From Lentisphaerota bacterium (GTDB lineage Bacteria > Verrucomicrobiota > Lentisphaeria > Victivallales > Victivallaceae): a stretch of 64,000 nucleotides of DNA. Positions 1-9,795 of this stretch are shown here, in pieces. The stretch spans positions 4,980 to 68,979 of the forward strand of contig SUWD01000011.1 of the NCBI GenBank assembly GCA_015061685.1. Reading direction: 5' to 3'. Each line of letters starts with the position of its first letter. The first letter of the stretch is position 1. Under the pieces are notes generated by a model. The model did no database searches and had not been told where the DNA came from. It was given only the letters and a program-made list of their open reading frames with translations. The translations under genes were made by a program, and so were the position numbers.

Positions 1-158
1 CAATCTGCACTCTTGGCTTTATTTCTGGCTTGATTCAAGGCAGGAAGCAGTATCGCCGCAAGTATGGCGATGATGGCGATCACAACCAAAAGTTCGATAA
101 GAGTGAAATTGGTTCTGCGGAAAATCCTGACTGACCGGTTCTGTTTGCGTGTTGACAT
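1..158 (-). CDS. prepilin-type N-terminal cleavage/methylation domain protein (PVC-type pilin-like); only the N-terminal 52 codons are in the window
   Basis: My translation of the reverse complement from the ATG at 158-156 gives [52 protein letters not shown]. This is the class III signal / hydrophobic helix typical of type II secretion pseudopilin-like proteins. An AGGAG lies just upstream. It is absent from the ORF track because it runs off the edge. Confidence 0.75.
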   Translation of the reverse strand, partial: MSTRKQNRSVRIFRRTNFTLIELLVVIAIIAILAAILLPALNQARNKAKSAD

Positions 159-317
159 TTGTTGTCTCCTTTTTGTTGAAATTAGAACCAATTCTCAAAA
201 TTGGTTCTCCAGTTAATAACTCATTGTCTCATGCCTCAAGCCCATCTTGACGGCACTGTTTGAAAAACTTATTTTCCAGCACACCTCATGTTTCATAAAA
301 AATGCGTTTCCGGCATA

Positions 318-1715
318 TCAACAGACCGGTCTTCCTTTTTCCATAAGTTCATAAATAATATTTTTACAAACATCACGGGGATTTTCAGAATCAGGGATGT
401 CTTCCATAAAATCCCACAATTTCCTGCGGGAAAGAAAATCCTGAGCTTCAGCAGAAATACCCGGAAAGACCGCAACTTTTTGAGCCAGACAATTTTTTGC
501 GACTCCGTAGCCGATAAATAACGGATCCATCCGCATTTCATTGGCGAATGCAAAATCGATGTAGCAACGGCAATTGTCCAAGGACGGTTTCAGCATCATC
601 TCCCGGTAAAGACGATTTTGTTCCAGTAAAAACGGATCCCGGAAAAATTTATCCAGCGGCAGATCCGGATCCTGACAGAATACAGCCTGCCGGCTGCTTC
701 GAAGCCGGTATTCCAATTCAGTCATCTCATGATCGATTTCTTCTCCATTCAACGCATCGGCCAGGATTTCAAACATCGGTTCAAAATTGGCAAATCCCGG
801 TTCAAATGCTTCGTAGCATACCCCCTGCAGCTCTAATTCGCGATACAATCTTAAATCTTTCAGATAGGAATCAGTTCCATGTTGAAAAGTTCCGTAATAA
901 CTTTGCATCATCGCATTTTCATGGACATAAACTTTTCCGGGAAATGCCGCCCCCCACTCCCGCAGACGATTGGCATGGTAGCGGGAAATCGTTGCCGCAT
1001 CCGGAACAGTATGACCGGATGCATAACTCATATTACAGCTTGTACAAGTGTCTTCATCTGTATCCAGCGGGAAAGCCGGTGTCCGGAAAAAGGTATCATA
1101 CATGATATTATCCATCCGGCAAAACGGCATACGGTTTTCCGGGATATTGTACCGCATCACATAAACATCGGTTTCAAACTTCAAATCCGGCCGGATATCC
1201 TGCACCGCTTTGACAAAACGCTCCACAAAGGGCTGCCAGCGTTCATGTTCCGGCAGTCGGCGGCAGGATTCACATTCGCAGAACATGATCCCATCCGCCG
1301 CCCGCATGTGGACATGTTTGATTTGAGGCGGCAGAGAGAGCAGCCATTGCCGGGCCCCATACTCATAGGCTTCCAGACATTCCGCATGGGCGGCACAGGG
1401 ATAAGTCTCACACTCAAGCCGGCAGGTCCACGGAGTTCCATCTTCCTTTACGGCGAGCCATTGCGGTTTCCAATCGCAGTAAGAAAGAAATGTCCGCGGG
1501 CCGAAGGTCATCAGGATGATTTCAATTCCGCACGCTTCACATTCAGCAATGAGCAGATCCTGATAACGTTTCCAGCCGTAATCATAGTGAAGAATAAGGG
1601 TATTCAGCCGCAGTTTTTTCATCCGGCGGATAAATGTTCTCAACTGCTCCGGGCTGTGTCGGAGCAGACTTTCGCACATATTGAATCCTCTAATCGCAAA
1701 AGGAGTATAAGCCAT
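318..1715 (-). CDS. hypothetical protein (465 aa, Cys-rich, probably carbohydrate-related enzyme)
   Basis: Long ORF with an ATG preceded by GGAG. It is co-directional with, and 58 bp downstream of, the GH43 gene. I recognise no family with confidence. It contains a CECESC cluster. Confidence 0.7.
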   Translation of the reverse strand: MAYTPFAIRGFNMCESLLRHSPEQLRTFIRRMKKLRLNTLILHYDYGWKRYQDLLIAECEACGIEIILMTFGPRTFLSYCDWKPQWLAVKEDGTPWTCRLECETYPCAAHAECLEAYEYGARQWLLSLPPQIKHVHMRAADGIMFCECESCRRLPEHERWQPFVERFVKAVQDIRPDLKFETDVYVMRYNIPENRMPFCRMDNIMYDTFFRTPAFPLDTDEDTCTSCNMSYASGHTVPDAATISRYHANRLREWGAAFPGKVYVHENAMMQSYYGTFQHGTDSYLKDLRLYRELELQGVCYEAFEPGFANFEPMFEILADALNGEEIDHEMTELEYRLRSSRQAVFCQDPDLPLDKFFRDPFLLEQNRLYREMMLKPSLDNCRCYIDFAFANEMRMDPLFIGYGVAKNCLAQKVAVFPGISAEAQDFLSRRKLWDFMEDIPDSENPRDVCKNIIYELMEKGRPVC

Positions 1716-1773
1716 TTTTTATCTCCACTTTTGTTGATATTCCTGCCGCTGAATAAGCGGTTAAACTAAAAAA

Positions 1774-2829
1774 TTAAGTGATTTCCGATGGAGTTAACGA
1801 AAAATAAGGGGTATTCCACATTTCAAAACGATCATCCGAAGGAAATTGCAGTTCAAGCCAAAGATAACGGCTGTCAATGAAATTTTCCGGATTCCAACAA
1901 TCAAGCATGGCAAAATAACGCTCCCCAACTGAAAATACCGCCGAGCTTTGTGCCCCAAAGGTTGTTTCAGCACCATCACCCCGGGCAGGATTGCCAAATT
2001 CAAACCACGGCCCGGCAAGATTTTGTGCCGCTGCTCCGCGTGCCGCATTCGGATTCCAACCGGTACAGCCGGACATCAACAGAAAATACCAACCGTTACG
2101 CTTGAATAAAGCAGCTCCTTCATTCCAGGCATAGGGAAGAACCCTGAACCAGTACCCATCCCAATCCAGAAAGTCCGGGGTCAACCGGGCTATATGAAGT
2201 GTACTGTTATGTTCTGAACTGTAAATATGATATGCTGTGCCATCATCATCGACAAAAAGATTCATATCCCGGCACATTTGTCCTCCTGCGACGTCCCGTG
2301 CATAAATCGGATAGCGACGGGTTTTATCATTCTCTCCGTTGACAAATTCCGCTTCAGGAGGAATCAAGGAAGCATCACATACCGGAGCATTGGCGGGCCA
2401 TTTACCCGCATTAGCCCTCTTTGCACCCAGGAAATGGAAAGGACCTTGCGGCGAATCAGCCACAGCAAGACCACGCCGAGCCAGCGTATGATCCGCATCA
2501 GTAGAATGGAAATACATAACGAATTTTCCGGTGGCAGGACAATGTAAAACTTTGGGCCTTTCGATCCGGCATCCCCGGCAAATCGGACTGCCCGGATCAT
2601 CCGTTACTTTCAAAACGATCCCGAGATCGTGCCAGTGAATCAGGTCAGTGGAATAATAGGCATGGACACCGAGAAAAGCCAATCGCCCCTCCCAGCCTTC
2701 TGTTTTATGCTCCCCATACCAGTAGTAGCCGCCATCGAATGAAAGAATACCACCTCCATGAGCATTGATCACGTTAGATTTTTCATCCAGCCACACTGCT
2801 TTGTTCTGCCTTCCCGGAAAATCTGTCAT
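1774..2829 (-). CDS. glycoside hydrolase family 43 protein
   Basis: 351-aa ORF. The N-terminal AHGGGILSFDGGYYWYGEHK block and overall five-bladed-propeller-type sequence pattern are typical of GH43 (exo-galactanase/xylosidase-like) enzymes. Confidence 0.75.
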   Translation of the reverse strand: MTDFPGRQNKAVWLDEKSNVINAHGGGILSFDGGYYWYGEHKTEGWEGRLAFLGVHAYYSTDLIHWHDLGIVLKVTDDPGSPICRGCRIERPKVLHCPATGKFVMYFHSTDADHTLARRGLAVADSPQGPFHFLGAKRANAGKWPANAPVCDASLIPPEAEFVNGENDKTRRYPIYARDVAGGQMCRDMNLFVDDDGTAYHIYSSEHNSTLHIARLTPDFLDWDGYWFRVLPYAWNEGAALFKRNGWYFLLMSGCTGWNPNAARGAAAQNLAGPWFEFGNPARGDGAETTFGAQSSAVFSVGERYFAMLDCWNPENFIDSRYLWLELQFPSDDRFEMWNTPYFSLTPSEIT

Positions 2830-2884
2830 AATACCTGTAAAAATCCCGTTGAAATAAGTGATGGGATCACAGTGGAACCCATTT

Positions 2885-2900
2885 ACATTAACGTTAATGT
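2885..2900. promoter_or_regulatory. candidate LacI-family operator (perfect 16-bp palindrome ACATTAACGTTAATGT)
   Basis: The sequence is a perfect palindrome with the central CG typical of LacI/GalR operators. It lies in the divergent GH43 / lacI-type intergenic region. Confidence 0.6.
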
Positions 2901-2995
2901 TTTGTCTTTTTCTAAAATAGCATGAGAAACAGATTTTGTCAACATGCCCAACGCACTTTTTCTAAAAATTTTCTTGAAAACAGCAGTCGGCACCA

Positions 2996-3024
2996 TTGAC
3001 ATTAACGATAATATAATGTATATT
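2996..3024 (+). promoter_or_regulatory. sigma70-like promoter (TTGACA-17-TATATT) overlapping a second operator half-degenerate copy (2999-3014 ACATTAACGATAATAT)
   Basis: TTGACA at 2996-3001 and TATATT at 3019-3024 with a 17-nt spacer, 48 bp upstream of the regulator ATG. The spacer contains a 14/16 match to the 2885-2900 palindrome. Confidence 0.5.
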
Positions 3025-3071
3025 AGAGCAAAGACATATTAGGACAAATAACTGATAAGGTTTCAAATTTT

Positions 3072-4073
3072 ATGGCCGTGACTTTAAAAGATATCGCCGC
3101 CATGGTTGGCGTTTCAGTAAATACCGTTTCGCGTGCATTGAAAGATAAGCCGGACATCGGGCAAAAGACCTGCAGCCGGATCAAGGAAGCCGCCGCTGTC
3201 CTCGGCTATCGTCCTAACCTGAATGCCCGCAGTCTGGTGCTGAAAAAGACATTCACCATCGGCATCCTCGTTACCGAACCGGACAATCCAGTGCGGATCG
3301 AATTCTGCGAACGCCTCCGGGGTTATGCGGCAAACGACAATTACCGGTTGTTGAATATTTCATTGAGTTCTGATTGGCAAAAAAATGTGGAAGCTGTGGA
3401 AGATCTGCTCGCCCGCCGGGTGGATGCTCTGGTGATCGGTTATCTGTGGGGATTGATAAGTGAACAGGCCATCGGCCCGATCCTGCAGGAATGCCGGCAG
3501 GAGGGGATCCCGGTCGTGGTTTTCGGCGATCCGAAAACCGAACTTGCCGACTGCATCGAAATCGATTTCCGTGACAGTGCATTTCAGCTGACCTCCCACG
3601 CTATCCGACGCGGTTGCCGCGACATCGCCCTCTTTGTCCCGCCTGCCGAATTCGCCCGGGTGGAAGGTTACCGTCAGGCTATGATCGAACATGGACTTGA
3701 TGACCACATCAACGTGTGGCCATTGCACGGTTCCGGTTTTGCCGGTGCCGCCGCCTCATTGGAATCCTATCTGGATAAATTCCAAAAACCTCCCCGGTGC
3801 ATCATCGGATTCAATGACATCAGTGCCATCGGCATTATTTCGGCATTAAAAAAGCACGGTTACCGGGTTCCGGAAGATTGTGCGGTCGCCGGGGTTGATA
3901 ATATTTCCTACGGAGAACATTACGATCCGTCGCTTACTTCGATCGGTTTCGACAATGGCTATTTCGCTGAAACCGTCTGGAATCTGCTGAAAAAACGTAT
4001 GAATAAAACCGAAACCGGTCCAGCGAAACATTTGAAACTCCACCAGAAATTAGTTATCCGTCAATCGTGTTAA
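3072..4073 (+). CDS. LacI family transcriptional regulator
   Basis: N-terminal HTH VTLKDIAAMVGVSVNTVSRALKD, followed by a periplasmic-binding-protein-like sugar-binding fold. 333 aa. Confidence 0.9.
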   Translation: MAVTLKDIAAMVGVSVNTVSRALKDKPDIGQKTCSRIKEAAAVLGYRPNLNARSLVLKKTFTIGILVTEPDNPVRIEFCERLRGYAANDNYRLLNISLSSDWQKNVEAVEDLLARRVDALVIGYLWGLISEQAIGPILQECRQEGIPVVVFGDPKTELADCIEIDFRDSAFQLTSHAIRRGCRDIALFVPPAEFARVEGYRQAMIEHGLDDHINVWPLHGSGFAGAAASLESYLDKFQKPPRCIIGFNDISAIGIISALKKHGYRVPEDCAVAGVDNISYGEHYDPSLTSIGFDNGYFAETVWNLLKKRMNKTETGPAKHLKLHQKLVIRQSC

Positions 4074-4084
4074 GGTACAGCATT

Positions 4085-5266
4085 ATGATCATTCAAAAGC
4101 ATCTTCCAATTCAACGGGTCACGGATGGCCCCCGGCATCATTTTTTCGGTTATTTCGACAAATTCCCATGGGATAGATCCGGTCGTTATCTGTTGTCACA
4201 GGCGGTTGATTTCACTGCCAGACAGCCGCTTCCCGGCGAAACCGCCGAAATCGGCATGATCGACCTGCAGGATAAAAACCGTTTCATCCCGCTGGCTCGA
4301 ACCGACTCCTGGTGCTGGCAGCAGGGATGTATGCTTCAATGGTTGAATGATTCTGAAACCGAAATCATCTATAATGATCGGGAGGGCGATCATTTCGTTT
4401 CCCGTATTCTGGATGTGAAAAGCGGACAAACCCGCACGCTTTGCCGTCCGATTTACTGCTTGAGTCCGGATGGGAAATGGGCGTTGAGTTTGAATTTTTC
4501 CCGGCTGGATCGTGAACGCCCCGGCTACGGGTATCCCGGAGGCATTGATCCCTGGGAGAATACTCCCTGTCCTGAAGATGACGGACTTTGGCTGATCGAC
4601 CTTAAAAACAATACCGCCAAAATGATCATCAGCATGGCACGGATCACCGATCTTTATTACCGGTCGGATATGGAAAATACGCCGGGATGGTTCAATCACC
4701 TGTTGTTCAGTCCGGACAGTAAACGAATCGCCTTTTTCCATCGCTGGCGGTTATGGGCTGCGGATGGTTCACCGCGGCATGTGACCCACATGTTCACCGC
4801 AGATATCAATGGATCGAACATCTGGCCGCTGAATCTGGAAGAAATGAGTTCGCACTACACTTGGGTAAATCCGCAGCAGATCATCAATTTCTCCCAACGT
4901 TACGCGGGGGGATTTCAGTATTACCTTTACACAGACAAATCGCACCGGACGGAAGTTATCGCCAAAGATGTGTTTCCGGGCGACGGACACTGCTCCTACT
5001 CATCCGATGGCAAATGGATGTTGACCGACTGCTATCCGGTTGAAGATCATTGCCGGAAATTATTCCTGTATCATCTGGAAGATGGAAGAGCTTATGAAAT
5101 CGGCAGTTTCTACTCCGATCCGTCGTATCCGATCCCGACCCGCTGTGATCTGCATCCGAATTGGTCGCGTGATGACCGTCAGGTCTGCATTGATTCGATC
5201 CACGAAGGATCCCGGCAGATGTACATCATTGACGTAAGTGAGTTGACCCGTTCCGGGGAAAGGTGA
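4085..5266 (+). CDS. hypothetical beta-propeller protein (TolB-like / oligogalacturonide-lyase-like fold suspected)
   Basis: Long ORF immediately after the regulator. An alternative GTG start at 4067 overlaps the regulator stop. It has repeated SPDG/SxDGKW motifs typical of TolB-like propellers. Function not established. Confidence 0.65.
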   Translation: MIIQKHLPIQRVTDGPRHHFFGYFDKFPWDRSGRYLLSQAVDFTARQPLPGETAEIGMIDLQDKNRFIPLARTDSWCWQQGCMLQWLNDSETEIIYNDREGDHFVSRILDVKSGQTRTLCRPIYCLSPDGKWALSLNFSRLDRERPGYGYPGGIDPWENTPCPEDDGLWLIDLKNNTAKMIISMARITDLYYRSDMENTPGWFNHLLFSPDSKRIAFFHRWRLWAADGSPRHVTHMFTADINGSNIWPLNLEEMSSHYTWVNPQQIINFSQRYAGGFQYYLYTDKSHRTEVIAKDVFPGDGHCSYSSDGKWMLTDCYPVEDHCRKLFLYHLEDGRAYEIGSFYSDPSYPIPTRCDLHPNWSRDDRQVCIDSIHEGSRQMYIIDVSELTRSGER

Positions 5267-5319
5267 GGGAGGTACTCTGACGCTGACCGGTGCTGTAAAT
5301 GCAGTATATACTGCCGGAC

Positions 5320-7404
5320 TTATTTCCCGGCGGCATTGACGATCTGCTGTAAAACCACTTTGTAATATAAATTTCCCAGATGGCCGCCATTGGAAAACCA
5401 GGTGACTTTATCTTTCAGCACCTCATCCAGCCAAATCCGCTCCTCATCGGAACAGAGGAAGTCGTCAACATTGTGGAACACCCGGATTTTCGGCGAATTA
5501 CGCAAAGTGTCCTCGATCGACCGCAAATGAGAATCGGCAAGAAGTTTCTCTGTACTCTCTCCCGGATAGCAGGGGGTAAGCAATTTGTACGCATAATCCT
5601 CGAAACTCACCTTGTCCAATTCCTTATACAGCTCCATCCGGCTGCCCCACTCATACGCCGGGAATCCCTCAAAAGGATTCTCCCGGTGAGCGGTGAAAAG
5701 CATCTCCCGCATGGAAAGTTTCAAAAACATTCCGGCTACCACCTTTGCTGTTTCCTCATCCACCGGCGGAATGAATTCCCGGAACTTTTCAACCGGAGTA
5801 TTTTCATCGACATGCAGATAGTGCGGCATCAGCTTCAAAAGCATATTTCCGGCAACCGAAATCAGTTTTTCCCGCATCTCGCTCTTGCTCCACCCGGCAC
5901 TGCCGGCAACCAGTGAATCGATTTTACGCAATGCCGAACCCAGCGAAACCGGAGGATTCACCGCAATGAAGCAAGATGGATTCAAAACCGGATCTTTCTC
6001 TTCCATTTCCGCCAATTTCAAGGTCTGGATTCCCCCCATGCTGTAACCGCAGATCACTATTTCGGGGGCATTTATCCACTCTCTTTTTTTCAAATCTGCC
6101 AGAACTGCCACGATAGCCTCACGCACTCTTTTGGCATCATCCGGCAGATAACCGGGCAAACGGCAGTTGCCGTCGGCAACAATGAAATTCCAATTGAATG
6201 TGCTGTCCAGCGTCAGCACCATGTACCCGGCATTGTTGAATTGTTCGGCAAGAGCGACCAGCGTGGTGTTGTTGAGTGTACCGCCGATACCGGAAAGCAT
6301 GATCGCCAGTTTTTCCGGATGCGGCGGAGAATTTTCCGGCACTTCCGGAGCTTTCCAGAAACAGTACCGCAATCCCGGACGCTCCGGGACAAGCTCGACT
6401 TTTCTCCGGTATCCTTCCCGGAGAAAGTCGCTGTTGAATATGGACAGCGGCATGTACCACCAGTCCCGGTCTTTCTGCACATTGAAAAACATCACCCGCA
6501 AAGAATCAGTTTCACCGCTCCGGGCGAAGAAGTTGTCCAAAGGCACATAATTGCCGAAACGCAGAAATTCAGGTTTGCCTGCCGCACTCCATTTGACCGG
6601 ACTTTCAACAGTACCTTTCTTATTTCCCTCTGCTTCAGCTTGTTTTTTGTATTCATCAAGCTGCCGCATCGCCTCTTTGTAGAACCACATCCGCAGCTGC
6701 AGTTCCCGGCGGACAAGCATCAGCTGGCGGTAATTTTTATATGGATCGGCCGCACCATCCACGATTCCGGCGTAACCATCCTGTGCGATGGTCATGCGAT
6801 TGAGAAATGTCGCATAACCGGCATAAGGGATATAGGTCTTTATATCAAAAGCTGTGTCAAACAGCAAGCCGATATGATCCCTGCCATTCAGCGACGGTAC
6901 AAGCGGCAGCATAAACGTATGCCCCGGCCCGATACCCCAGGTGTTGAATGCCTGACCGAAATCAGCTTCAGCAGGCGGAATGTACCACCACGCCTGTGCC
7001 ACATCAAAAATTCCGGCAATACCCAAAGTGCTGTTGGCAAGGAAACGTACTGTTTCCGTCCCGGCGGCTTGCCATTGGGCCTGCAGCAGAGAACTCACCG
7101 CCCTGCCGGGATATTCAAGATTGACACATACATTGTGAAAGTGTTTGATGAATGGTCTCGGGAAAATCGAAGTATAAACCCTTGCCAACGGATCAGCTCC
7201 GTAGGTCATCAGGAAATCAGTACAACCGAACATCGCCCGGTTGAAGCCCTCCATCGGGTCTTCTCCTCCAAGCATTATCTCCACATCAGAGAGAGTCCAC
7301 GCTTCCGGATGCTCTTCCGGATAACGGTCATAGGGATGATGACAGCCGCTGACGACCAATATGGTGATCAGCAGGAGAAAAGACCTGATGAAAAAGGCTC
7401 TCAT
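5320..7404 (-). CDS. lipoprotein with N-terminal MlaA/VacJ-like domain fused to a C-terminal alpha/beta hydrolase
   Basis: Lipobox LVVSGC. N-terminal block EGFNRAMF...LANSTLGIAGIFDVA matches the VacJ/MlaA lipoprotein family. The C-terminal half carries the nucleophile-elbow motif GYSMGG. Confidence 0.75.
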   Translation of the reverse strand: MRAFFIRSFLLLITILVVSGCHHPYDRYPEEHPEAWTLSDVEIMLGGEDPMEGFNRAMFGCTDFLMTYGADPLARVYTSIFPRPFIKHFHNVCVNLEYPGRAVSSLLQAQWQAAGTETVRFLANSTLGIAGIFDVAQAWWYIPPAEADFGQAFNTWGIGPGHTFMLPLVPSLNGRDHIGLLFDTAFDIKTYIPYAGYATFLNRMTIAQDGYAGIVDGAADPYKNYRQLMLVRRELQLRMWFYKEAMRQLDEYKKQAEAEGNKKGTVESPVKWSAAGKPEFLRFGNYVPLDNFFARSGETDSLRVMFFNVQKDRDWWYMPLSIFNSDFLREGYRRKVELVPERPGLRYCFWKAPEVPENSPPHPEKLAIMLSGIGGTLNNTTLVALAEQFNNAGYMVLTLDSTFNWNFIVADGNCRLPGYLPDDAKRVREAIVAVLADLKKREWINAPEIVICGYSMGGIQTLKLAEMEEKDPVLNPSCFIAVNPPVSLGSALRKIDSLVAGSAGWSKSEMREKLISVAGNMLLKLMPHYLHVDENTPVEKFREFIPPVDEETAKVVAGMFLKLSMREMLFTAHRENPFEGFPAYEWGSRMELYKELDKVSFEDYAYKLLTPCYPGESTEKLLADSHLRSIEDTLRNSPKIRVFHNVDDFLCSDEERIWLDEVLKDKVTWFSNGGHLGNLYYKVVLQQIVNAAGK

Positions 7405-8348
7405 TTTCCCAATTCTCCGGCTGTTGAATCTTCGCCGTTACCGCTGTTCCAAACCGGTTCACTGCCTCTGACTTGCTGTTCAAGGAAACCGAATGCCGGT
7501 CCGGGAAGCAGATCGTGACCGCCCTCAAAAATTGTGACCCGGACAATTCCTGATTTCCGGCGGAAAAGCACTTTATTTTCTCCGTAACCCGGATCAACGC
7601 CTTCAAATTTGAGATGTTCCGGAACAGCTTCCTCTTTGACCATATAAACGATATCTTCCTGACTGATACGGTCTTCGGGAGCGGCGAGCAGATTGAATGC
7701 TTCCAAAGTATGTGCCACCGGGACGCTGCCGGTGTGTCCGTCATGGATTCCGGTGCCGACATCGACCACGACTTTACCGGCGGCGGATGCCAGATAAGTT
7801 ACCGGGGAACGGCGTTTTGCTTCGGTAAATGCTTCGACAGACTCCTCCGGATTGCCGCCGCATGCTTCGCGGATATCTTTCGCGTATCCGGCAGCTCCGG
7901 CATGAAAACTGAAATTGTGCCACTTCACCAGATCGGAGATCGGACACCATGACGATACTGCCGTCCACAATTCAGGACGCCGTGCCGCCAGCAGCAATGA
8001 AGCGTGACCGCCGCCGGAGCCGCCGGCAAGATAAATGCGTGATTCATCGACCGGGTAATTGGCTTTTACATAATCCACGGCACTTTCGATGTCGGAAACA
8101 ACAAAATCCGAACCGCAAGCTTCCGGCAGCCAGTTCGGTCCGCGGAACTTCGGAAAAATACAGTGCCAGTTGCGTTTCATGCTCCGGGAGAAGTAGTTGT
8201 CAGAATCCTGCTTGTGATCGTAACTCCACGTATGCAGAGCCACGATCAGCGGTCGGGGTTCATTCCCGGATGCCGGAGAAAACATCGCCGGCTGCATGGT
8301 ATTGTCGATTTTAGAGAGATAGGATATTTCCCGTACAGCTTCGCTCAT
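7401..8348 (-). CDS. alpha/beta hydrolase (S9 peptidase / esterase-like)
   Basis: 315 aa with a GGSGGG nucleophile elbow. Its 4-bp overlap (ATGA) with the downstream gene start implies co-translation. Confidence 0.75.
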   Translation of the reverse strand: MSEAVREISYLSKIDNTMQPAMFSPASGNEPRPLIVALHTWSYDHKQDSDNYFSRSMKRNWHCIFPKFRGPNWLPEACGSDFVVSDIESAVDYVKANYPVDESRIYLAGGSGGGHASLLLAARRPELWTAVSSWCPISDLVKWHNFSFHAGAAGYAKDIREACGGNPEESVEAFTEAKRRSPVTYLASAAGKVVVDVGTGIHDGHTGSVPVAHTLEAFNLLAAPEDRISQEDIVYMVKEEAVPEHLKFEGVDPGYGENKVLFRRKSGIVRVTIFEGGHDLLPGPAFGFLEQQVRGSEPVWNSGNGEDSTAGELGK

Positions 8349-8350
8349 TA

Positions 8351-9634
8351 TTATTCACCCTCTACATTGATTGTTTTCAATTCTCTATTCATAGCCCTGC
8401 CGATCGGAATCATCATCGGTACCATGAAAAGGAATATTATAACTTCAGTCCAGTAGATACCGCCGAGACCGAACCATTTGCCGACCGTGAAACTGACAAA
8501 GGAACATGCCACACCGCCAACGGTTGACAATGTACCGATCCACCCGAAAAATGTTCCACGCAATTCCGGACGGGTGATCTTGGTCAGCATCAACTGGAGG
8601 ATCGGCAGAATTCCGCCTGCGGCAAAATAGGCAAAGAAACGGGCGACCAGCAGTACTCCGATACCGGGAGCAAGGATCTGCACCGCCACACCCAAAGCAC
8701 TGGCGATCAATACCGGGATCAGCAATTTCCGGGGGATCATCCGGTCACAGAGCCACCCGATGGCTCCACCTGAAATCAAACCGCCGAGCGAGGCCACCGC
8801 ACTGGCAATACCGGTGAAAAATACCGGATCACCGCCAAACTCAAACCAGCCGAAAATATTCCAGTAGGTTTTGGTTCCTTTGCCCATGACATCCTCGACC
8901 AATTCAACCAGAAACGGTTCATCAATACGCCGGGCGATCCCCATGAAAAGCACCATCAGCAGAATACCGGTGACCGCCGGAGTGAGCAATTCCCGTACCG
9001 GACGGTTGACTTTTTCCAGTTTTTTGCGTTCGATTTTGGCATTGAAGTCCTCCTTGACCCAGAGCAGGACCATCAAACCGCTTATTGCGTAAACGACTCC
9101 GCAGCTGACAAAGGCGGTCGTAAAGCCGTAACGGGAAGCTATGACGCCGCCGATCAGGTAACCGAGCATGTGTCCGGAATAAAGAGCTGTACTCAAAATA
9201 CCCAGCACCAAACCGTGTTTTTCCTGCGGAGAGGTGGTAATTGCCAGAGTCTGTGCCGGATTGTAGGTTCCCGAAAAAAACGAACAGAAAAAGCGAACCA
9301 GCAGCAATACCCAGATATTAGGCGAAAATGCCAGCAGAGGATAAAAAATCGCTGCGGCAAAACTCGCCCGCAGCAGCATCAGTTTCCTGCCGAAACGGTC
9401 GGCAAGCATACCCCAGACGGTCATTGCCACTCCGAGGCTGACCATCCCGCAGAAGTAATACGCTGAGATAAACTGCAGACGCACTGCCTTGTCAACGATA
9501 CCGAGGTTGTACTCCATGACTTTGGGAATAAACGGCATACAACTGCCGAAGCCTGCCATTGATAAAAATTGGGAGAGCCAGATGAAAAACAGATTCTTTT
9601 TCCAATTAATGTTGGAATTCGCCGCCGCAGACAT
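8351..9634 (-). CDS. MFS transporter
   Basis: 12-TM-like hydrophobic profile with an LADRFGRK motif between TM2 and TM3. I chose the start at 9634 because of a GGAGG 5 nt upstream. The ORF track allows 9670. Confidence 0.85.
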   Translation of the reverse strand: MSAAANSNINWKKNLFFIWLSQFLSMAGFGSCMPFIPKVMEYNLGIVDKAVRLQFISAYYFCGMVSLGVAMTVWGMLADRFGRKLMLLRASFAAAIFYPLLAFSPNIWVLLLVRFFCSFFSGTYNPAQTLAITTSPQEKHGLVLGILSTALYSGHMLGYLIGGVIASRYGFTTAFVSCGVVYAISGLMVLLWVKEDFNAKIERKKLEKVNRPVRELLTPAVTGILLMVLFMGIARRIDEPFLVELVEDVMGKGTKTYWNIFGWFEFGGDPVFFTGIASAVASLGGLISGGAIGWLCDRMIPRKLLIPVLIASALGVAVQILAPGIGVLLVARFFAYFAAGGILPILQLMLTKITRPELRGTFFGWIGTLSTVGGVACSFVSFTVGKWFGLGGIYWTEVIIFLFMVPMMIPIGRAMNRELKTINVEGE

Positions 9635-9795
9635 AATTACCTCCAGTCCTTTCAGCATTTCCGGTGTCAAAATTCCGGGTATAAAGACTTAATATAGTCT
9701 TGAATCGTTTTTTTTGCAAATCTCCGCTTGTAAAATTCCGGATAAATGATTATATTACAGAATTGGAAAATATTAGTTTCGGAGAAAAAACTGCC

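Noticed and set aside
6241-7518. 425-aa plus-strand ORF, plus similar long antisense ORFs at 15653-16453, 16877-17752, 22244-23083, 23135-24001, 36103-37290, 40827-41900, 53364-54131 and 59455-60348
   Set aside because: Each lies wholly inside a motif-supported gene on the other strand and lacks motifs or RBS context.
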